From: Selaginella moellendorffii
Lineage: Eukaryota; Plantae; Lycopodiophyta
Assembly (NCBI RefSeq): GCF_000143415.4
Contig: NW_003314274.1
Span: 1,626,851-1,690,850, forward strand
DNA length: 64,000 nucleotides
Direction of reading: 5' to 3'
A program made the translations under genes and the position numbers. The number at the start of each line of letters is the position of its first letter. Positions within the stretch are counted from its first letter, which is position 1. Shown piece after piece: positions 12,741 to 24,558 of this stretch. The notes beneath the pieces were generated by a model. That model did no database searches and was not told where the DNA came from. It saw only the letters and a list, made by a program, of their open reading frames with translations.

Positions 12741-15700
12741 TCACACGTATTCTGGGATGCTGCATGGAGACGTCGACCCAGACGTGCTTGCCGGTGAGAA
12801 CATTTCCTCCTTTGTGCATGGAGAGTAACAAGCTTCGGGCTGTATTTTTTCCAGCATTTCCACCACCCGGCGCATCGTTGCTCTTTCCTCTGGAGACGCC
12901 TTTGTGCAAAGAAGAGCAACGTCGAGCAGCATTATCATCTGGTCCTGTGCACTGGCGCTCACTCGGGTATCCAGAACAACTTGCGGTCCTTTCGCTTGCA
13001 CTATGCCTTTTACCCACCTGACGATATCCAGGTCTCCGAATTCACTGTCAACTGGCCTCTTGCCTGTCACTAGCTCCAGCAGGACGACTCCAAAGCTGTA
13101 AGTATCGCTTTTCGTGCTGACCTTCAAGGTATAGGTGTACTCTGAGAGGTGGAGGACAGGTTTGAAAGGAATTAGCTTAGACATGATGCATACCTGGAGC
13201 AATGTAGCCGTAGGAACCTGCAATGTTGGTCATTGTCTCGTCGTCGCTACCTTTGAGTAGCTTTGTGATTCCAAAGTCTGCTAGCTTTGGTTCGTAGTCA
13301 GCGTCCAGCAGAATGTTGGCTGACTTGACGTCTCTGTGCAGGAGCGGCGGGGAGCAATCGTGATGAAGGTATGATAGAGCTTGTGCTGCTCTCAAAGCGA
13401 TCCTGTAGCGGGTGTTCCAGTCCAGGTTCGCGACTTTCTTGCTGTGTAGGACGTCTCTCAGGCTGCCGTTCGGCATATACTCGAAGATGAGCAGGTCCGT
13501 ATCAGCGTTCCAGCAGCAGCTTAACAGCCTGACGATGCTGCGGTGTCTTATGTGGCCCAAAGTTCTGACTTCGGACTGGTACTGGTAGTCATCACCGAGG
13601 GAATGATCTGATCGTGATATCTGCTTCACTGCTAGAGAATGTCCGCTTGCCAGATCAACTCGATACACCTTCCCAGACCGGCCACTCCCGATAACGTTGT
13701 TCTCGTCGAGCTTCTCGATGACAGTTAACTCATTGAAGAACAACCTTTGGAACGATTTCACTTTCCAACGGGGTGGCTGTTTCACGAGCTTGAAGTGGCG
13801 CCAACAGATGCAGAGAGTGCCAGTGAGAAGCAAGACGACGGCTCCAACGATAACAACAACCGAGATCAGTGTAACCGAGAAGCGACTCTTACCGCTGTTG
13901 GCAGTTCTGCTGCTGCTGGTGGTTCTTGCATTGGAGCATGCCGAGTCTTGGCAGAGATCAGGATTTCCAAAGAAGCTATCAGCCGAAAAGCCTCGAGTCC
14001 AGCTCTCAGGAATACGGCCGCTCAAGTTGTTATTGGAGATGTTCAAGCTGGACAGCAGAAGATTTCCCAGAGCAGATGGAACGTCTCCACTCAAGTGGTT
14101 GTCGGAAAGATCCAGCATGTTGAGCCTGGAAAGGCTAGCCAGTGACGATGGAATCGAGCCAGACAGACTGTTTGCGGAGAAGTCAAGTGAACTGAGCTTC
14201 ACGCAGTTTCTGATATCTGCTGGTATAGCGCCGGACAGAAGATTGTGAGACAGATTCAAAACTTCCAAAGAGGCACAGCTCCCAATCTGGAATCCGGAGA
14301 TTGCGTTATCCGAGGCCGTCAACTCGCTCAAGTTCGGCAGGTTTCCCAGCTCGTCCGGTAAACTTTCGAACTTGTTACCATCCAACCTCAGAATTCCTAG
14401 CTGTGCAGCGTTCTTGATATCGGAAGTCACACTGCCGTTGAGCCTGTTGGAAGAGAGCTCCAAGACGGTCAGGTTGGGGGAGGCCCAGAGCTTTGGCGGA
14501 ACAGGGCCTTCGAGATGGTTGTCTTGCAGCCTCAATCGCACCCAGCTTTTGCAATCGCTGAAGCTCTCAGGAATTCCTCCCGACAGCATGTTGCCGTACA
14601 GGCTCAGGTTTTGCAGAGCATTTCCACCGCAGATGAAAGGTGGCACACCTCCGGTAAGTTTGTTTTGTGAGAGTGTGACGTAGCTGAGCCTGGCTTTTTT
14701 TCCTAGGGACTCGGGGATTTTGCCTGTCAGGTTGTTTGCGAATGCTGTGAATTCTTCGAGGTTTTCCAAATCCGCAAGACTTTCTGGGATGCTCCCTGTC
14801 AGGCGATTCAAGTGGAGATGAAGTATCCGCAGATTTTTTATCCCTCCAACCTGTGTAGGAATGCTGCCAGTTAAAGCGTTCTCGGAGGCATCCAAGTCGG
14901 TAAGCAGCATGAGGTTGCCAATCTCATATGGAATCTGACCCGAGAGCTTGTTTTTGTAGAGCTCGAGCATCTTCAGCTTAGGAAGGTACATGAGCTCAAC
15001 AGGAATGCTGCCGGTGAGATTGTTGGACTGGAGCTCGAGGTCTTCGAGCTCTTTTAAGGCACCTAGCTCGGGTGGAATGGTTCCAACGAGGCCGCAGTTA
15101 AACAGATACAGCCGGACAAGCCTTGTGAGATTGCCAAGCTCGGGAGGAATGGAGGCACGGAGGAGATTAATATTGGACGAGACGTCGAGAAAGGTGAGGT
15201 TGGAGAGACGGCCGAGGCTGGGGGTCAAGTTCGTGAAGAGATTTGCGCTGAGGACGAGCTCCTGGAGGGTGGTGGGAAGTTCTCCAAGAGCGTCGGGCAT
15301 GGGTCCAGTGAAGGCATTGTAGGAGAGATCCAACCTGCGAAGTGGGAGATGACCGAGGATCATGGAGATGTTCTCCGGGAGTGGGCCGCGAAACCAGTTC
15401 TGGCTCAAGTCGAGATGGACGAGCTTGCTGCATCTCTCAAGCGAAGGGAAGGGCTGGTCGAAGTTGTTATAGGTGACTCTCACGCTGGTCAGATTTGGGA
15501 ACTCACAGATAACTGGAGACATGGTCCCATTGAGCTGGAAGTGCTCCAAGTTGATCCCCACCACACCGTCGCCGCCATCGCATTCGATTCCCTTCCAGCT
15601 ACAGACCTGCGGATTGGTAGAAGCGTTCCAGCTCTCTAGAACGTTGCGAGGATCGACGATGCCGCGCTTGAATTCCAGCAGGAGCTCCCGCTCGGTTGCT

Positions 15701-15765
15701 GCCCGAGTGAGTGGAAGAATGGCGATGGCCAGGCAGAAGGCAAGGAGATCCCGGAGCCATTCCAT
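12741..15765 (-). CDS. LRR receptor-like kinase, LRR-XI (HAESA/HSL/RLK7-like); join(13194..15765,12741..13141)
   Basis: Signal peptide MEWLRDLLAFCLAIAILPLTRA, CSWKGIEC cap, about 20 LRRs, TM segment, kinase motifs [33 protein letters not shown]|EY. One 52-nt intron 13142-13193 at the canonical LRR-XI position. Confidence 0.93.
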
Positions 15766-16379
15766 GGATGGATGAGCGTCAAAGTCCTCACTAAAAGAGC
15801 GTGGGACTTGGACTAGCCGGCAGTTTTGACGAAAGAGAGCTTGTTTTTGTTTGCGTGATAATACTACTTTCTTTGCTTGTAATGGATGCATTTCTTCGAG
15901 AATTGTCGCCAATTTTCAGTCACAGGCGCCGAACGATCGGAGCTTGGCATCGGAGCGGGCAGCGCCAGTTAGTTCCCATTTGTTTGGCAGTGCCTTTTAG
16001 AATCGAAGATCGCAATGTAATGCTTCCAGGCGGAGAGAATGTGGCCGTTTGCTTGGATCTACTTGGTTATGAATAGCCAGAGCGGCATGATGGAGGACTA
16101 CACTACAGCATTTACCTCAACAATTCATTTTGTGTTTTGGGAGGTGCTTTAGAATGCTTGTCTTGAAAAGGGAAAGAGATGGTTTGGTGAAATCGTTTGG
16201 CAAGAAGACATCCCTCACTTACATGCATCATTTATTATTCTTCCAACACGTCGCAGCACCAGGGAATCCATCGGTGCCTCACTTTCCCAGAGACACAAGG
16301 CCCAACCAAGTCACCAGCTCAAATGACTCTTTAAATTACAGCTTATATAAAAGTAAATTCAATGGGTCTTTGCACGTGT

Positions 16380-16611
16380 AAGGATATATTTAAAATATGC
16401 TTAGATATTTTAGGATATTCTACCATCTAATAGTTGTTATTCATCTTGTATTTTGTTAATAATTTATAGATTTTCTAATTTTTTAGTATATTCTAGTACA
16501 TTTTATCATTTAATGGTTAAAATTTAAAAAGATTATTCTTGTATTTATAAATTATAAATATGTTTGTATATAATATAAACTTCCATTTGATCAATTGGAT
16601 TAAGAATGTTT

Positions 16612-16646
<35 letters not shown>

Positions 16647-19600
16647 ATTTCATAATTATTTATTATGTTATTTTTCTGACTTTCAAGTGATAGCATATAT
16701 AGGATGGGTGCTCTAGCCTGGAAATTTGTCCCAACCTCACTACTATTACAATCAAAACATGATTGCATTTTGGTGGTGTGGTATGGTAGAGATTTCAGTA
16801 AACTTAGCAGTTATTAAAAGAAGTTGTTGCACATTACATTGTAGAAACACTTGGTTTTCTTTTTTTTCTTAATATTTTTATTATAATATATAGTTTAAAA
16901 AAATAATAACAAAAATTTATAATTATGAAGATGGATTTCTTTTGTGGATTCAAGACATTTCTCAAAGGTTTAATCCGCAATGGCCATGTTTTGATTGATA
17001 GTTGGTTTAACTCCTTTTGCTCCTTCTACTATATATATAGCCTTTGTGTGTTTTTTTAAAAGTTAGTTTCAGAATGAATATATATGCTATGCATGTTTTG
17101 ATATGTATCAAGTTATTTTTGCAATTAACTAATAAGTTGTTAGAATTCTTTTTTTTTTTGTTTGCATATATGTTTATATTTAAGTTTAGCATTTGTATTT
17201 TGATTAAATATTATTTCCTACTCATTTGGTGACACTCATGGGCCAATTCCATACTAGAACGTGCAATCCAGTAGTAAAGAGAAACTCAAAAAACTTAAAA
17301 ACTTGCTAGCTTAATTCTTGCTAATTCCAAGTGATTATAATATCTAAAATGGCATAAACAAGCATTACTCAAGCTCTCTATAATGGAACAATTACTTTAT
17401 TTGAGCTACTCCACTCTTGAATATATGTTAGAAAACTCTTCAGGTAACTCCTTAATTTGGATGATGGATTTGATGGCTAAGCCATGACCTTTTCATCAAG
17501 ATCTTACAACACTAGTAGTAACTTCATCCCAACTAAATTTAGTCTTTATGTTGCTATAGCTTGTTATAAGCTCCTTTTGGCTCTTCATATGCCAATTTGT
17601 AGTAAAGAGGGAATAAAACACTAAAAAGTGCTAAATGTCATAGATATGATTTTAGATATCAAAAAATATTTATTGACCAATCTTTATAGACACTCTCTTT
17701 TTATTGCCATAATAGCAAAAGATTGGTATAGTTAGTTCCCTTTATAGTTCTTAGTTGAGCTAGTTGATAAAATGGTTAATGCATGTGTATTTACATTGGA
17801 TAAACATAAGGTAAGAACCCTTTTGTATTTTTTGTTGAGCATACTCAATTTGGTTTGAAACACTTGTATCATTGGGTTACACTTGTTAGTATCAAAAACC
17901 CTATAATATAAAGTCTAGTCCCTCAATATTGTTATATAATAGCTTACTATGTTTGCCCAAACACCCTCACTATCATGCTCTATATGTTAGTCCCATTTTA
18001 GTTCTATATGCTTTTTATTTTAAATCTCTAGATTAGTTTAAGAGGCATATTTACAAAATGTAAAAAGAGTTTTGAATACCATAATGTTGTTCTTGCATCT
18101 TAATTCACAATCTACCACTATTCTATATTTAATAAGTTTTCAAGCCTATCCCAAAAACTAACTTTAAATATAGTCTGACACTGTTTTGCATGTAAAAGTT
18201 AAATATGGGGAGTTAATGCTTATAGAGGATATTGAGTGTATACCAAACTCTTGTTTTGTAGCATAACAAGTTTGGAATTCAACTCTAAATTCATGTGCAC
18301 TGTAGTAACTATGGCAATATGCCCTATAAAGCTACTAAAAATCTAACTAGTGTTAACCATGGTGTTAAATTGTTACAATGCTAGCTATAGTATTAGATAT
18401 GCACTAGCATGGTGTGCAACAAAGAAATGGATTAGCATCATAAAAAGAAATAAAACTATAGAAATGACTTAGTTTAGGTTTACTTTAAAAAATTAAGCCT
18501 CTTTAACTGTTTTATGTTTTTTTTTAAATTCCTTTTTTAACCCTAGTTTCTATAGTGGGTATTGATACTATACCATAATTACTCTACAGTTTCATATAAA
18601 AACATACATTCTAAACTTAATTCATCCAACAACTTATATATACATAAATTTTTCTTATAAGTTTTAAAATAAGCTTGAATTTTTTTAAAAATTTATATAT
18701 TTTACTATAAAATTGTGGAATAACTTTTAAAGGTTGTTTGAGTCAATTATACAATTTAGTGTTTTCATTTAAAGCCTTTTGATTTGTGTTGAGTTAAATA
18801 TGTCAAAGTAGATCAAGTTAGGCAATACACTTACTCTAATAACTTTTAACAATACTCAATATTAACTACCACAACACTATAAAACATCACTTCATCCACT
18901 TATAATTAGATGTTCTTTAAGTCTATTTTTCATAAAGGATGGTTTTGCTCTAATGAAAGTTAATGTTTTTGCTACTCATTCAAGGATAATGATTAAGACA
19001 TAATTGTGGCTGTAAAGTTCATTATTGAGTGCATGGACACACATATCATCAATATTTATATGTTCAAGGATAAAGACAAAGATGTGGGTGTGGGTGTGGT
19101 GTTCGCTATTAGGTGTAAGATGAGCTTAACCACATATATCATCAATGTTTCTTGGATTGACATCCTTCATTTCTTAGATGGAATAACATTCTATTAATGT
19201 TGTTGTTATGAAATGATTTAACACAAAAGTTCTTTAGAGAAATAAAGAATTAAATGATTGAGTCTTTATGCAAATAAGTCAATAACCCACTATTGAAGGG
19301 TTTATATGGTACTAGTTCACCCATTTATCTTTTATTATTTAGCATATTGCTATATATTACTATTTGAATTTACATCAAACTAATCTTCATTCTTTATAGT
19401 AATAATTATACACATGCATATATGTGGAACAAATAAACCTAATTGTGTATGTGGGTGATTACAAGCTTAAGTTTCAATTGTTGTAGGTAGTTCTCAATCA
19501 AGTTTTTGATTTCATTCAAACTCCAATACAAATGCACTTATAATGAATATAACTGTGGGTATTAAAAGTTACTTATTAGCAAGTCTTTTGGATATTCTTT

Positions 19601-22600
19601 TTTTATTACTACAACAACAAAAAAGTTGGTATTATTGGTTCTTTATCAATCCTTCTTGTTCAAATGCTAGCAAACTAGGCTTAACATTTATCTTTAGCCA
19701 AATAAATATAAGAAATGTGTTTTTTTGTTATCTATGTGTTTTTTGCTAGGCTTATCTTTTAATTTTCTTTTACTATATCTTGCACTAGCTTGACAAAAAC
19801 CTTTATATATTAAGCACTAATCCCTAAATATCATTATGTGATAGGTTACTGTATCCACCAAACACCCAGCTAATATGCTCTATACTTGTTTGGTTTTATT
19901 AGCTATTTATAGATGGTGTTTAGATCTATTAGTGAGGTATATTTATAAAATATAAATTTTTTTTTGAACACAACGGTATTGTTCCCATGTTTAAATTTGC
20001 AATTCCATATTTAATAAGTTTTTATAATTATCCCAGAAACTAACTCTTAGAGGGTTTACACCCAAATTGGACATAGAACAAAGACAAACACATCTAATAG
20101 GGAGCTAAACAATATCTCAAGTTGGTTAGCCACACCTAACCTACCCACCATTCCTACTATATATTTGGAACCTTTTTACAGCCCCTTGGCTATCACTTTA
20201 ATTTCCATACCATGTTAGTTATTTATATCCTCATGTTAGCCCATTGGTATGTTGAAATAATGCTAGATTTCATTTGGCTTTGTTTTACTTGATGGTCTTG
20301 GTATTGGGATGTTGGATGCTCTAATATTATTTCTCGCACTCTTGCCCCTTCGCTTTGTAGTTATATATTTGGGAGTTATTCTATGCTTTAGTTCCTTTAT
20401 TTTCTGGTTATATACTTGTTAATTTAGCTCTGTTCCTTCATTTAGTAGACTATTGCCTTGAAATTTAAATTTTGCTCTACTATCCTTAACCCATGTGTCC
20501 AAGGGTTACATTTCACTTTATGATTATCCTATGGTAGCTCACTATAGGATAAAGGGTGAAAACATCTTTGTGCAACTTGAAGAGCAATAAATTCTTGGTG
20601 GTAGCATATCATTATAGGCAACCAAAGATAATTACTCAAAAAAATGATTTATAAGGGTTCAAATATAAAAAGAATCGGCCATTAATAAAAATGCACTCTC
20701 TTTTCTAATTAATTAAAGGTTTTGGGATATTTAAGATTAAGCATCCTTGGATATTAATAATACTTGGGTGACCTTTCGAGAAGTCCAAATGTAAGAGTTT
20801 ATATTTGTTATTAGAGGGTCTCAAGTCTATGGTTAGGGGAATTACACCATATGTTAATTGACATTTAGCAAATTCAATTTTATCCGGCTAGGCTTGACAT
20901 AAGGGTAGGGTGTCAAGAGAGTGGAGCTTTTGAGAGAGTTGTAACTCTTAATTTTTGAATTTGTAGATAAATAAAAGGACAACTTGAGAGACATTCAAAT
21001 ATAAACAGAAAGGACCCATGAATAAAATTGCACTCTTTTTTAAAATTAATTAAGGGTTTTGGGATACTTGAGGTTAAGTGTTTTTGGATATAAATAGTAC
21101 TAAGCTATGTGACCTCCTAGGAAGTCTAAATTCATAAGTTTACAATCATCTATTGTGAAATCTTTTAAATCCATCAAATATATAATTATTACCTCAATCA
21201 TACCTTTCTTTCTATCTAACAAAAATATGAACTAGCTTTGATCACAAAGTGCAATTCATAATTTCTATAAAAATCATATTGAACTTTTATCATTCTCCAC
21301 ACTAACTTTGGTTGTTTGTTGACCACCACCAACTAAAGGAGCATTATATCCTTTAATATTTGGTGTGGTTAATGCCCTTTTGAAATGAATTCCATCCAAC
21401 CAAAATAAAAGTCTATAGTACTAAAAGCTATATAGAGATATTCCATATGCAATAAACAACTACTTAAAGCATTCATCATCTTTCTTCTGCAAGAAGGTGT
21501 AATTGCCAAAATTACTTGTGATAAGTATTTGACAGTAAGCTATAAGTTTAGTATATGATCACCCTATGAATCTTTTAAGTAAGTTTTTCTTTCCCTCACT
21601 ATTCTTATTCTTTAAATGTATGGCTTCATTATATTTATGATTGTTCATGAATATTTGGATAGAGCAAGTTGGGTCTTTCTACAATATTAAAGCATAAAGC
21701 CTCTAAGAATAATTTTTATTTTTATAATATCTTTTATTATCAAAGAGGTCAAAGTGCTTATAAATAGTCTTTTGCTTCACTACCTTCTAAATTTCCTTCA
21801 TTGAGTCAAAATAGTATAAATGTTATCACCCATAAAAACCCAAATCTGCCTTAATCCCAATTGAAAAAGAATATTTGAGATTTTTCTATTTAAAAGTTGC
21901 TAGGATGGATATTCTAGGATATTATACCAGTTATTCATTTAGATTAATCTTTTATTTACAATTTATAAGTCTGTTTATAATTTAAAAACTTTTCTGAATA
22001 CTTCCTAGCATATTCTAATTTATTATAACATCTAATGGTTGATATTCAATAAGATTAATTTTGTGTTTATAAATTATAAACTTACATTTGATCAATTGGA
22101 TTAATAAATAGGAATAAAACTACTATTAAGCAAACCAAGCATTCCTGCATGAAACATACAGCAAATTATTGTAATTTTAACTTCCAAGGATGTTTTATAA
22201 ATTCTTAATCTTTTAGGAGTATTTTTGTAATTTTTTCTAGCAGAGATTTGCCATAATGTCACATGTGCTGCCATATCAAATTATCTTTTTTGAAAGAAAG
22301 AAGCAATGAAATGAAAAAATATTTTACAACAAAGCTACAGAAGAATTAAAATGATCTATATAAGATTTGAAAAACAAATAAACAAGCTATAGAATAATTA
22401 GAGATTAAAATGAAGATTGATAAATATTTTATTATTTAAATTTAAATTTGTGACCAACCAAAGAGAATAATTGAGAATGGAGTTCAAATATTAAAGGAAT
22501 AGTTCTATAAAAGAAAGTACACCTTTATTTTAATTAGTTAAAATAGTTAAAAGTTAAATGTTCTTAAGTTTGAATGGTACTAACCTTGACCTTTAACCTT

Positions 22601-23340
22601 TCTAGAAGCTCAAATCAAAGAGAGCTTATAAAATCAAAATGAGAGTTTTTTCACTTTGATTATTTATCAACACTTATGATTTCATTGTGGATTTTAGATG
22701 AATACAAGTAGTTTTTCATGTGTTAAATAACAACAAGAAAACCCATAAACACAATTTTGCTAAATAAATCTTTGGATAAAAGCGGTATAACCAAAGTAGA
22801 AACACTTACATTTGCTTGATTGGGTGGAGTTGTAAGTAGGACTGGAAAAAAGTCATTTAGAGCAATGGTTTAAACCAAGCTAGACCTATCAAATTGGTTG
22901 TTGCTACTGCCTATCATTTACAAATCCAGAAGTCTAGAAAATAAGTTTGACTATAATAATAGCTCACATTTACATGCTGAATAGTAGTTTTTAATCCATC
23001 CACTCTTTTGCCCAATTTAGATGTGTATGTAATCAATAACTCTAATATAATTTAGAAATCTTATAACCTGTGGAAATTATCGTTCATTCCCCCTCTAGTC
23101 ACTTGATATATGTGCTCCTATACTTCTTTTACAAGAGCTTTCACGAACTTGCAAGTTGAGTGATGGTTGTAGTCTTATAGCTAACTACTGCCAAAAAAAT
23201 GGTTACCTATTTCATCACAGAGTTCAATGTTGCAAAAACCTGGTGGTAGATTTGTATTAAGATCATCTTCCAACAAAAAAAAAAAAGAAGATTGAATGTT
23301 GCCAATGAAATTGGAGAATAGTGTTTCAGATTAAAAACCT
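16380..23340. mobile_element. AT-rich, CpG-depleted island of decayed repeats (probable transposon graveyard)
   Basis: Abrupt fall in GC, only roughly a dozen CG dinucleotides in about 7 kb by eye, no credible ORF, several internal diverged repeats. No recognisable transposase or RT motif, so the element class is unassigned. Confidence 0.6.
16618..16644. repeat. (CT)n microsatellite
   Basis: ctctct... run read directly. Confidence 0.95.
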
Positions 23341-23830
23341 TTATATGTGAATGTAGAACAAATGCTACATCTCTCTAATGAATCTGTCCCTTATACGGTC
23401 TTGACTGGAATTTTTCCAACTAGAATCCATCATTCATCCAGTAATGGCTGAATCTTTTCTATGGATCCCAACAACTGGTAATCCTAAATGCTACCTTCTG
23501 TGCATCAAGAACCATCTTCCATGTTTAGCTCCTTGGCAAAGACATAAAATTCATCAGCACAGATAATCTCATCTTTAAACTTATGATGTATGGGTTTCAG
23601 CCTCTCAAAGGCTTCACAGTGAGCATGGTCAAGGCTGATCCAGTCTTGTCCAGGCGAGGTCTTGGAGGCCGCAATGTTTGCTTAAACTCAATCTTATTCT
23701 TGAGTTCCCTGTCTTCGTGAACCACCATGTAAATCATGGCATGCCAGATTGGTCTCCTCTCATCGTCATCAAGGACGAAATCGGGGGCCCTCTCTATGAA
23801 CTCTTCATTATTAATCCTGCTAAGAGATGA
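23340..23830 (-). pseudogene. Degenerate paralogue of the unknown gene at 10060-10838
   Basis: Minus-strand INNEEFIERAP... and EAFERLKPIHHKFKDEII versus INNNEEFMERAL and KALERLELMRHKFRTEIV at about 10.1-10.4 kb, with stops and frameshifts. Confidence 0.55.
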
Positions 23831-24558
23831 AGACTGCAGACATTTTAGGGCCTGTCAAAGTTGGTGGAAGGTCTGTGCGATGGAATGGTTTTCCTAGAAA
23901 GTCTATAGGCAGCTTCCTTTATTTTAATATTTTTTTTCTTCGAACAGGTAACTTTGACGCCGCTGGGATTAAAAATTCAGTTGGTCGCCTGGGGTCAACA
24001 TTCGTGATCGTGTGATGAGCAGTGTTGGGTCAACTGTCGTGCTCAAGAATAACTACAGTAAAAAAAAACGAACGACTAGGACTATGGATTACGCGGCACT
24101 ACATTTCTTCCTTCGTGGACGACATAGAAGTTTCGATGGGCTATAGAGTGAGAGGGCAGTAAAGTTTGGCGTGCGCCCAAATTTCTTCCGAGAAGGCTGC
24201 GGAGAAAATGTGCTCCATCTTCGGAGCTAGAAAAAGATCACGCGATCATGAGGCAAGCCCTACGAGGAATTCGTCGCCGCTGTTCCAGAGAGATTGACGA
24301 TTCCAGCCAACCAGCAGTAGCACGACTCCTCCTATAGCATCGTCATCACGGATGATCGCAGCGAATCGTTGTGGGTCTGATTCTCTTTGGAAGCATCGAT
24401 CCATCGTTTCGACCAATTGGGATCGGTGCTCTTGGATCGTTTCAATCGATTGCTTAGTGCCGTGTCGACGCGCACACTTAACAGCCGACAAGAACAGAGC
24501 AGTCAGTGCTCTTCCGCTTTCGGGTATTGGTGCGAGAAGTTCCAATCCATCGTCATCA

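Noticed and set aside
15766-15912. N-terminal ORF extension of the LRR-RLK (likewise 55640-55759 for BAM and 24352-24558 for MMP)
   Set aside because: The extensions precede clear signal peptides and are most simply open 5' UTR. The two RLK extensions begin at non-ATG codons.
16380-23340. CRISPR array, organellar insertion or foreign AT-rich DNA
   Set aside because: No regular repeat-spacer period and no plastid or mitochondrial gene remnants recognised. CpG loss favours methylated native repeats.
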